NCBI GenBank assembly: GCA_003220855.1
Contig: QHTP01000038.1
Location: 1 to 44,700 of the forward strand
Origin: Gemmatimonadota bacterium
GTDB lineage: Bacteria; Gemmatimonadota; Gemmatimonadetes; Gemmatimonadales; GWC2-71-9
Length of the DNA: 44,700 bases
Reading direction: 5' to 3'
Part shown: one piece after another, positions 1-6,963 of the stretch
Layout of the letters: each line of letters opens with the position of its first letter
Position numbering within the stretch: position 1 is the stretch's first letter
Notes under the pieces: model-generated
What the model was told of the DNA's origin: nothing
Seen by the model: only the letters and a program-made list of their open reading frames with translations
Database searches by the model: none
Translations under genes and position numbers: made by a program

Positions 1-527
1 ACGCCATCGATGGGTACCGACTTGGTATCGCGCCACGGCTCCCCGCGCAGGATCCCATCGGTGCCGGTGGGGCGGGATGTCCTGGGAATGACCGCTTCGC
101 GCGATTCGACGTCTCCCGACGACGCGACCGGACGGGGCGGCTCCGGCGACTCGGGGGACGTCAGGGTGACGCGGATGCGGTCGACCCCAGCCGCCGCGAG
201 GCGGCTCGGGACGTCGTCCGCGCCGGGCTGGTCGGCGAGCGCCCTGAACAGCTCGAACAGCTGCGGAGGGGGAGGCTCGGCGGGCAACGCGATCTCGCCG
301 ATGCCGTGGAGGTCGAGCCGCTGCACCAGCCCGGTCAGGCTCTCGCCTTCACACGGGATGCCGTTGATTTCGAGGCGTCCCCCGGCGGCCCGGAGGCTGA
401 CGGCGGCGTCTTTCAACAAGCCGAGCAGCGCGCGGAACTCCGCCTTCTGGTCTTCCCGCGCGCCCGGCTCGCGAAACAGGGTTACGCAGCGTGCGAACCG
501 CGCAGCGAGCGTTTCGTGCGTCGACAT
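1..527 (-). CDS. hypothetical protein, partial (C-terminus beyond left edge of window)
   Basis: Absent from the ORF track because there is no stop in the window. The reverse strand from ATG 527..525 reads MSTHETLAARFARCVTLFREPGAREDQKAEFRALLGLLKDAAVSLRAAGGRLEINGIPCEG... and stays open to position 1 with strong G/C third-position bias. A TAGATT box lies 9 nt upstream. The competing + ORF 10..543 is an R/S/P-rich shadow frame. Confidence 0.5.
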   Translation of the reverse strand, partial: MSTHETLAARFARCVTLFREPGAREDQKAEFRALLGLLKDAAVSLRAAGGRLEINGIPCEGESLTGLVQRLDLHGIGEIALPAEPPPPQLFELFRALADQPGADDVPSRLAAAGVDRIRVTLTSPESPEPPRPVASSGDVESREAVIPRTSRPTGTDGILRGEPWRDTKSVPIDG

Positions 528-536
528 CGGCCGGTC

Positions 537-542
537 AATCTA
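537..542 (-). promoter_or_regulatory. -10-like TAGATT box, 9 nt upstream of ATG at 527 (minus strand)
   Basis: The + strand aatcta at 537..542 is TAGATT on the minus strand. It is an AT-rich hexamer in ~70% GC DNA and matches the motif found before three other starts in this window. Confidence 0.3.
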
Positions 543-598
543 GGGGGAACGGCCACCCCCGGCAACGCGGCCGGCTTCCGTGAGGGCCGCGCCAACGA

Positions 599-604
599 TA
601 GATA
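599..604 (+). promoter_or_regulatory. -10-like TAGATA box, 7 nt upstream of ATG at 612
   Basis: acgaTAGATAtagccgcATG has the same geometry as the boxes at 6951 and 30823. With the 537..542 box it forms a divergent pair. Confidence 0.3.
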
Positions 605-611
605 TAGCCGC

Positions 612-1061
612 ATGCTCGCGATCAGCCCGATCGTGCGCGCGCTGCGGGCGGCGCACGTGCGCGACGCGCCCCGCGCCGAGCTGCTGCGCCTCGCCTGCGA
701 AAAAATCCGCGGCCTGGGCGCGCCGTACACCTCGGTGTACGCCTACATGCTGCAGGGCGACGAGCTCGTGCTGGAAGCGTTCTCGGGCCGGGAGACCGAG
801 CACACGCGCATTCCCGTCGGACGCGGCGTGTGCGGGACCGCAGTCGCGACCGGCGAGGACCAGAACGTCGCCGACGTCGGTGTGGTGGGCAATTACCTCG
901 CCTGCAACCTCGAAACCAAATCAGAACTGGTCGTCCTGATCCGTCGGGGTCACACGATTCTCGGGCAGCTGGACGTCGATTCGGACGTGCCCGCGGCCTT
1001 CACGGTGGCACACCACGAGGCCGTGAAGGCGGTCGCGGACGCGCTGGCGGTCCTGCTCTGA
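612..1061 (+). CDS. GAF domain-containing protein (free Met-sulfoxide reductase/YebR-like single-GAF protein)
   Basis: This is the C-terminal 149 aa of ORF 306..1061, starting at Met103 (ATG 612): MLAISPIVRALRAAHVRD...YMLQGDELVLEAFSGRETEHTRIPVGRGVCGTAVATGEDQNVADV...YLACNLETKSELVVLI...LGQLDVDSD. The G-x-G-x-CG and LACxxxTxSE pattern is typical of small GAF proteins. The upstream part of the ORF is antisense to the 1..527 gene. Confidence 0.8.
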   Translation: MLAISPIVRALRAAHVRDAPRAELLRLACEKIRGLGAPYTSVYAYMLQGDELVLEAFSGRETEHTRIPVGRGVCGTAVATGEDQNVADVGVVGNYLACNLETKSELVVLIRRGHTILGQLDVDSDVPAAFTVAHHEAVKAVADALAVLL

Positions 1062-1064
1062 GAC

Positions 1065-2375
1065 TCACGCCTCGGCGCGGGCGTCCGAGGTGCCATCCGG
1101 CAGCCCGAGCAGGCTCAACCGTCCGGCATCGGCGTCGTGAGCGAGCAGCTCCGCGTACCGCCCCCACTCGACGATCGTGCCGAACAGCGAGTCCGCCGGA
1201 ATGAACGGGAAGTAGATGGTGAGATCGGCCAGGACCTCTTCGTCTTCCACCGCGCCTTCGCTCTCTTTGAGCATCGCCACGAGCCGGGCGAACAGCGGCT
1301 GCTTGGCCAGCCGCGCGCGGGTCGCGTCCTTGTGGGCGGCGTCGTCCATGGCCATCACGTCGCGCCCCGCCTGCGTGAGCTGCACCACCTCGCCCGGCGT
1401 GGTGACCCAGCCGAGCTGCTCCGCGCCGCGCACCACGGCGGACATGCGGTCGTAGTCCACCCCGAGGTCTTCGGCGAGCTCGAACACCGGCCCCTTGCCG
1501 CCGGGTCGCGTCAGCAGGTGGTCCAGGAGACCCGTGACCTCAGAGACGTGGACGCGGGGGAACGGCACCAGGCGCTGCGGCGCGGCCGGCGCGGGCTCGG
1601 GGAGCAGCGTGGCCGTGAGGATCGCGTGCAGCCGGTCCACCATATCCTCGAACTCCGGACTCCGCTCTTGCCTGGGGTACGGCAGCGGGTTCTCGAGCTC
1701 CTCGCGCACGTGCCCGGGATTGGAGCCGAAGACGACGATGCGGCCCGCGAGGAACACGGCTTCCTCCACGCTGTGGGTCACGACGACGAGCGTGTTCACG
1801 CCGGTCGCGGGATCGCGCCACAGGTCCACCACCTGACTGCGCAGGTTTTCCGCGGTGAGGGGATCGAGCGCGCCGAACGGCTCGTCCATCAGCATGATCT
1901 CGGGGGCCACGGCGAGCGCGCGCGCGAATCCGACCCGCTGCTTCATCCCCCCCGACAGCTCCTTGGGGTACGCCTGCTCGAAGCCGTCGAGCCCCACCAG
2001 GTTGACGGCGCGGGCCACGGCATCGCGCCGGGCGGGCCCATCCACTCCCCGCGCCTCCAGCCCCATCGCCACGTTCTCGGCCACGGTGAGCCAGGGAAGG
2101 AGCGCGAACGACTGGAACACCATCGCCGCCGCGCCGAGCACCCCCTCCAGCTGCTGGCCGCGGTACAGCACCGCGCCGTCCGCGGGGCGTGCCAGGCCGG
2201 CGAACAGCCGCAGCAGCGTGCTCTTGCCGCACCCCGATGGGCCGACTAGCGCCACCACCTCGTTCTGGCACACGCTGAGCGAGACGTCGCGCAGCGCCTC
2301 GAGCAGCTGTCCGTTGGGCAGCCGAAACCGCTGCGTCACGTGCCGCGCCTCGAGCAGCAGCGTCCCGGCGGTCAT
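1065..2375 (-). CDS. ABC transporter ATP-binding protein (nitrate/sulfonate/bicarbonate-type) with a ~170-aa C-terminal extra domain
   Basis: Starts MTAGTLLLEARHV. Contains Walker A GPSGCGKST, signature LSGGMKQR and Walker B LMDEPFGALD. The C-terminal part (PRVHVSEVTGLLDHL...VVQLTQAGRDV...IVEWGRYAELL) resembles the AAA-associated C-terminal domain seen in this ATPase family. ATGA overlap with the permease stop (2372..2375). The 857-aa ORF in the track is a run-on upstream extension. Confidence 0.9.
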   Translation of the reverse strand: MTAGTLLLEARHVTQRFRLPNGQLLEALRDVSLSVCQNEVVALVGPSGCGKSTLLRLFAGLARPADGAVLYRGQQLEGVLGAAAMVFQSFALLPWLTVAENVAMGLEARGVDGPARRDAVARAVNLVGLDGFEQAYPKELSGGMKQRVGFARALAVAPEIMLMDEPFGALDPLTAENLRSQVVDLWRDPATGVNTLVVVTHSVEEAVFLAGRIVVFGSNPGHVREELENPLPYPRQERSPEFEDMVDRLHAILTATLLPEPAPAAPQRLVPFPRVHVSEVTGLLDHLLTRPGGKGPVFELAEDLGVDYDRMSAVVRGAEQLGWVTTPGEVVQLTQAGRDVMAMDDAAHKDATRARLAKQPLFARLVAMLKESEGAVEDEEVLADLTIYFPFIPADSLFGTIVEWGRYAELLAHDADAGRLSLLGLPDGTSDARAEA

Positions 2376-4138
2376 GCGGCGAGTCCGAACCGGGCTTGCG
2401 CCCACTGCATCAGCGACCGCCATACGAGTCGGTTCCACCCCACCACGATGAGACTCATCAGTGCGATCCCGCCCGCCAAGAGCGGGAAGTTGGCGTGCGC
2501 CGTCGCCTCGCTGATGAGGCTGCCCAGGCCCTTCGTGGTGCGCAGCGTGCCTCCCGCCTCGATGTACTCGGCGACGATCGACCCGTTCCACGCGCCGCCC
2601 GCCGCCGTCACCCAACCCGTCACCAGGGCCGGAAACGCCGCCGGGAGGTACAGCGCGCGCCAGCGCGCCAGGCGCGGCAGTCGGAACGCGGCGGCCGCGT
2701 CCTTCAGCTGCTCGGGAATGGCGGCCACCGCAGAGATCACGTTGAACAGGATGTACCACTGTCCGGCGAGCACCATCAGCGCCACGGCGCCGAGTCCGAG
2801 TCCGACACCGATTCGCTCGAACAGCAGGATCACGAGCGGGAACAGCATGGGAGCGGGAAACGATGCGACCACCTGGATCACCGGCTGCAGCGCGCGGGCC
2901 AGCCGTGGCGAGCGGCCGATCCACACCCCCGCCGGGAGGGCCCACACGGTCGACACGACCACGGCGGCCATGACGCGGGCGAAGGTGAGCGCGGCGGACC
3001 AGGCGAGCGCACCCCAGTCCCGCGCGCCGAGCTGCGTCAGCAGGAGCCACAAGCTCCGGGCGCCGAGCAGCGCGGCCGCGCCGATCGCGGCGATCAGCAG
3101 CCCGAAGCCGAGCTTGCGCGCGACGGGATGGTCGAAGGCGAACCGCGGCGCCTGCCAGATGACCGGACCCACCGCGCGGAACGGGCGCTCCAACTGCCGC
3201 GCCGCCCGGCGCGCGCGGCGGTAGGCCCGGCGCTGCAACAGCGCCGCGCGGCGCGGGAGCCACGCCCGCCGCAGGAAATCCAGCACCCACGAGCTCGGCG
3301 CGGGACCGCCGCCCGCCGTGTCGTCCAAGCGGAACTTCTCGACCCACACCACGAGCGGCCGCCACAACAGCTGGTCCACGCACACGATCATCAAAACCAT
3401 CGCGAGGATCGCCAGGAAGGCGGCCGTGGAATCCCCCCGATCGAGTGCGACGCTCATGTACGAGCCGATGCCGGGCAGGCGGTAGTCGTGGTCCCCCAGC
3501 CGGAACGCCTCGTTCACCATCAGGAAGAACCAGCCCCCCGCCATGGACAGCATCCCGTTCCACACGAGCCCCTGCGCCGCCGCGGGCACTTCGAGCTGCC
3601 AGAAGGTGCGCGACGCCCTCCAGCCCGCGACCTGGCACGCCTCGCGCAGCGGCGCGGGCAGGCTCTTGAGCGAGTTGTAGAAGGACAGCGCCAGGTTCCA
3701 GGCCTGAGCCGTGAAGATCATGAGAATCGCGGCGAGCTCGAGACCGACGTTGCGCGTGGGGAAGAGCGACATCAAACCGAGCACCAACCCGGGCAGGAAA
3801 CCGAGCACCGGGATGCTCTGGAGGATGTCGAGCAGCGGCAGGAGCAGCCGCTCCGCCGCGCGCGACTTGGCGGCGGTCCAGCCGAAGCTCAGGGCGAAGA
3901 GATATGAGATCAGGAGCGCGAGCACGCCGCGCGCCAGCGAGTACAGCGTGTAGCGTGGCAGCGCGCTGAAGCGCGGGTCGATCGCGACGGCCTGGGAGAA
4001 CGGCGCCTCGAACTCGCGGGCGAACGCGACCACCGCCGCGATCGCACCGCCCAACAGGCAGAGGATCGCGACGTCGGCGAGCCCGAGCCGCCGCACGTCG
4101 GGCGGCGCCAGGGCGGGTGGAAAACGCAGCAGCTTCAT
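2372..4138 (-). CDS. ABC transporter permease, fused double (two BPD-type transmembrane halves, ~12 TM)
   Basis: Start taken at MKLLRFPPALAPP (ATG 4138), giving 588 aa. There are two repeated permease halves (..LDILQSIPVLGFLPG.. and ..ALQPVIQVVASFPAPMLFPLV..). Hydrophobic throughout and translationally coupled to the ATPase. Confidence 0.85.
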   Translation of the reverse strand: MKLLRFPPALAPPDVRRLGLADVAILCLLGGAIAAVVAFAREFEAPFSQAVAIDPRFSALPRYTLYSLARGVLALLISYLFALSFGWTAAKSRAAERLLLPLLDILQSIPVLGFLPGLVLGLMSLFPTRNVGLELAAILMIFTAQAWNLALSFYNSLKSLPAPLREACQVAGWRASRTFWQLEVPAAAQGLVWNGMLSMAGGWFFLMVNEAFRLGDHDYRLPGIGSYMSVALDRGDSTAAFLAILAMVLMIVCVDQLLWRPLVVWVEKFRLDDTAGGGPAPSSWVLDFLRRAWLPRRAALLQRRAYRRARRAARQLERPFRAVGPVIWQAPRFAFDHPVARKLGFGLLIAAIGAAALLGARSLWLLLTQLGARDWGALAWSAALTFARVMAAVVVSTVWALPAGVWIGRSPRLARALQPVIQVVASFPAPMLFPLVILLFERIGVGLGLGAVALMVLAGQWYILFNVISAVAAIPEQLKDAAAAFRLPRLARWRALYLPAAFPALVTGWVTAAGGAWNGSIVAEYIEAGGTLRTTKGLGSLISEATAHANFPLLAGGIALMSLIVVGWNRLVWRSLMQWAQARFGLAA

Positions 4139-4168
4139 GGCCACCCGAACGGTATAAATTGAGACGCG

Positions 4169-5011
4169 ATGGACCAAACGACGGTCGAGCTCAACGGCGT
4201 CCGCATCTACACGCGACGCGTCGGAGACGGCCCGCCAGTCGTGGTGCTGCACGGCGGTCCCGGCGCCCACCACGACTACCTGCTTCCCCAGTACGACCGG
4301 CTCGCGCTGGGCCGCACCCTCCTCTATTACGACCAGCGTGGTGGCGGCCGGTCACCGGTGCCGCGCGATACCCCAGTCGGGTGGCGCGAGCACGTGGCCG
4401 ACCTCGAGGCCCTGCTCGACCACTGGGGCCTCGACCGGGTCACGCTGCTCGGCTACTCCTGGGGCGGCCTGCTCGCGGTGCTCTACACCCTCGAGCATCC
4501 CGCCCGGATCGACCGCCTCACCCTCGTCTCGTCCGCGCCGGTCACGGCGGCGTGGCGCGCCGAGTTCGAGCGCCGACTCGCGGCCCGCATGGCCCAGCCC
4601 TGGCTGGCCCGGGCCCGCGCCGAGCTCACCGCCGCCGGTCTGTCGCGCACCGATCCCGAAAAGTACCGCCGCCTGGCATTCGCGCTATCGGTCGCGGGCT
4701 ATTTCCACGACCCGAGGCGCGCCCGTGAGATGACCCCGTTCCGCGTGACCGCCCGCACCCAGCAGGAGGTGTGGCAGAGCCTGGGAGCCTACGACCTCCG
4801 CGCGCGGCTCAGACGGACCTTCCCGGACGGTGGCGCGCCCCGCTCCCTGCTGCTGCATGGCATCTACGACCCCATGCCCCTGGAATCGGCGCGTGAGACC
4901 GCGGCGCTCCTCTCCACCGGCGTGATCGAGCTCGCCACGGGGCACGCCCCGCACGTCGAGGCCACGGAAGATTTCGTGCGGGCGCTGGACGAGTTCCTGC
5001 CCCGCGCCTGA
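4169..5011 (+). CDS. alpha/beta hydrolase (proline iminopeptidase-like, S33 family)
   Basis: Contains the oxyanion motif VVVLHGGPG, then YYDQRGGGRS and the nucleophile elbow GYSWGG, with a C-terminal His (GHAPHVE). Divergent from the permease across a 30-bp AT-containing spacer (gGTATAAATtg). Confidence 0.85.
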   Translation: MDQTTVELNGVRIYTRRVGDGPPVVVLHGGPGAHHDYLLPQYDRLALGRTLLYYDQRGGGRSPVPRDTPVGWREHVADLEALLDHWGLDRVTLLGYSWGGLLAVLYTLEHPARIDRLTLVSSAPVTAAWRAEFERRLAARMAQPWLARARAELTAAGLSRTDPEKYRRLAFALSVAGYFHDPRRAREMTPFRVTARTQQEVWQSLGAYDLRARLRRTFPDGGAPRSLLLHGIYDPMPLESARETAALLSTGVIELATGHAPHVEATEDFVRALDEFLPRA

Positions 5012-5054
5012 GCGTCGCCCTGAGCGACGCCCTGAGCGACGCCCTGAACGACGA
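5007..5054. repeat. 4 x 12-bp tandem repeat (CCTGAGCG[T/A]CGC), beginning at the hydrolase stop codon
   Basis: The units are cctgagcgtcgc cctgagcgacgc cctgagcgacgc cctgaacgacga. Units 1 and 2 can pair (GCGTCGC/GCGACGC). Each unit carries a TGA in the hydrolase frame. Confidence 0.8.
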
Positions 5055-5077
5055 TCGAAGGACGCAAGCCCGATGCC

Positions 5078-5809
5078 ATGCTTCCGCCGTGCGATCGCAG
5101 TCTGTACGTTCCGGGCACCATCATGCCCACCAGGACGAGAGCCAGGTCGCGCCGCGGCGTGGGAAGCGAGACCCTCGCGGCACGGCGCCTGCGGGTCCGC
5201 AAGATCGTCGCGCGGCTGGAGCAGGCGTACCCCGACCCCACCTGCGCGCTGCGTCACCAGAGCGCCCTCGAGCTGCTCGTGGCGACCATCCTGTCGGCCC
5301 AATCGACCGACGCCCGGGTCAACATGGTCACCCCCGCTCTGTTCGCGAAGTACCGTTCGGCGCGCGACCTGGCGGGTGCCGACCCGGCGGTGCTGGAGCA
5401 GGAGATCCACAGCACCGGGTTCTTCCGCAACAAGACCAAGTCCATCATCGGGATGGCGCAGGCACTGCTCGAGCGGCACGGGGGCGAGGTACCCGATACC
5501 ATGGACGCCCTGGTCCAGCTCCCGGGCGTCGGCCGCAAGACCGCGAATGTGGTGCTCGGCACGTGGTTCCGAAAGAACGAAGGGATCGTCGTGGACACGC
5601 ACGTGCAGCGCCTGTCCACCCTGCTCGGCTTCACGCGGGAGACTGATCCCGTGAAAATCGAGCGGGACCCGATGGCGCTCGTGCCGCGCGACAAGTGGAC
5701 CTGGTTCTCCCACACGCTGATCCTGCATGGTCGGCGGGTGTGCATCGCGCGGCGCCCCCGCTGCGAGATCTGCGTGGTGAACCGGTGGTGCCCGAGCTCG
5801 CGAGTATGA
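5078..5809 (+). CDS. nth: endonuclease III (DNA-(apurinic/apyrimidinic site) lyase)
   Basis: Contains LVATILSAQSTDARVN, the HhH-GPD motif LPGVGRKTANVVLG, VDTHVQR, and the C-terminal 4Fe-4S ligands C-x6-C-x2-C-x5-C (CIARRPRCEICVVNRWC). The start is uncertain; ATG 5123 (MPTRTR..) is an alternative. Confidence 0.9.
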   Translation: MLPPCDRSLYVPGTIMPTRTRARSRRGVGSETLAARRLRVRKIVARLEQAYPDPTCALRHQSALELLVATILSAQSTDARVNMVTPALFAKYRSARDLAGADPAVLEQEIHSTGFFRNKTKSIIGMAQALLERHGGEVPDTMDALVQLPGVGRKTANVVLGTWFRKNEGIVVDTHVQRLSTLLGFTRETDPVKIERDPMALVPRDKWTWFSHTLILHGRRVCIARRPRCEICVVNRWCPSSRV

Positions 5810-5814
5810 TGAGG

Positions 5815-5884
5815 CGTTGCACGTCGCCCGTTGCACGTTCCACGCAGCGGGTAACCTGTAACGTGGAACGTGGAACGTGGAACG
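5815..5884. repeat. hairpin element made of inverted 7-bp repeat arrays (CGTTSCA x4 / spacer / CGTGGAA x3)
   Basis: Left arm 5815..5844 is cgttgca cgtcgcc cgttgca cgttcca cg. The spacer is 16 nt. Right arm 5861..5884 is a cgtggaa cgtggaa cgtggaa cg. By my count 19 of 23 arm positions are complementary. Same design as the element at 28405..28510. Confidence 0.75.
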
Positions 5885-6953
5885 CACCATGCTCATCGCG
5901 GAGCGGCTCAAGGCCCTGGGCTACAGCGTCACGACCGGCGTGGGCAGGACCGGCGTCGTCGGGCTGCGCGACGGCGCGCGGGGATCGTGCGTGCTGGTCC
6001 GGGCCGACATGGACGCGCTTCCGGTCGAGGAAGCGAACGACGTCCCGTACCGCTCGAAGCATCCGGGCAAGATGCACGCCTGCGGCCACGACGGGCACGT
6101 CGCGATCGGGCTCGAGGTCGCGCGCCGGCTGCACGCGGCGTACCTGCCGGGGCGGGTGAAGTTCGCATTCCAGCCCGCCGAGGAGGTCTCGGACGGGGCG
6201 GAGGCGATGATCCGGGACGGCGTGCTCGACGCGCCCAAGGTGGACGCGGCCTTCGGCATCCACCTGTGGAACGACCTGCCTGCGGGAACCATCTCGGTGA
6301 TGCCGGGCCCGGTGATGGCCTCGGTGGACCAGTTCGAGATAACAATCGTGGGTCGCGGCGGCCACGCCGCGGCCCCGCAGCAGGCGATCGACCCGGTGCT
6401 GATCGCGTCGCACCTGGTGACCGCACTGCAGAGCCTCGTATCGCGGCGCCGCAACCCGTTCGAGGAGGGGGTGGTGTCGGTCACGCAGATCAACGCCGGC
6501 CACGCCTTCAACGTGATCCCCGAGCGGGCCGAACTGCGCGGCACGGTGCGCACGTTCGGCGGCAAGTTCTACGACGAGGCGCCGCATCTGGTTGAAGCGA
6601 CCGCCCACGGCATCGCGGGTACGTTCGGAGCGAGCGCGCAGGTGCGCTACCGGCGGCTGTCCAAGCCCCTGGTGAACGACGCGAAGATGGCGGCCCTGAT
6701 GCACGACGTCGCGCAGGAAATCGTCACGCCGGAGCGTGTGATCGACGGGATCCGGACCATGGGAGGGGAGGACATGTCGTACTTTCTCGCGAGCGTCCCC
6801 GGCGCGTTCGCGTTCGTCGGTTCCGCGCCGCCCGAGCGGAAGGGCGCGCCGCATCACAGTCCCACGTTCGACATCGACGAGGACAGCCTGGTCGTCGGGG
6901 CCGAGCTGGTGACGCGGACGGTGGTGAGGTATCTGGAAACGACCAGTAGGTAG
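5877..6953 (+). CDS. M20D family amidohydrolase (N-acyl-amino acid amidohydrolase/hippurate hydrolase-like), N-terminally short
   Basis: Contains ADMDALPV, HACGHDGH, FQPAEE and HLW..LP.G, the M20D signature order. The GTG 5877 start (or ATG 5889) lies inside or next to the heptad repeat. An in-frame TAA at 5859 blocks any longer N-terminus. Confidence 0.8.
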   Translation: MERTMLIAERLKALGYSVTTGVGRTGVVGLRDGARGSCVLVRADMDALPVEEANDVPYRSKHPGKMHACGHDGHVAIGLEVARRLHAAYLPGRVKFAFQPAEEVSDGAEAMIRDGVLDAPKVDAAFGIHLWNDLPAGTISVMPGPVMASVDQFEITIVGRGGHAAAPQQAIDPVLIASHLVTALQSLVSRRRNPFEEGVVSVTQINAGHAFNVIPERAELRGTVRTFGGKFYDEAPHLVEATAHGIAGTFGASAQVRYRRLSKPLVNDAKMAALMHDVAQEIVTPERVIDGIRTMGGEDMSYFLASVPGAFAFVGSAPPERKGAPHHSPTFDIDEDSLVVGAELVTRTVVRYLETTSR

Positions 6954-6956
6954 ATT
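6951..6956 (+). promoter_or_regulatory. -10-like TAGATT box, 7 nt upstream of ATG 6964; its TAG is the stop codon of the M20 gene
   Basis: aggTAGATTtccctcgATGtcc, near-identical in context to 30823 (tgTAGATTcccgccATGtcc) and 35351 minus (TATATTtccatccATG). Confidence 0.35.
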
Positions 6957-6963
6957 TCCCTCG

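Noticed and set aside
1065-3638. 857-aa ORF treated as one gene
   Set aside because: Only the last 436 codons (from MTAGTLLLEARHV, ATG 2375) are ABC-ATPase-like. The upstream 420 codons overlap the permease gene out of frame and are low-complexity.
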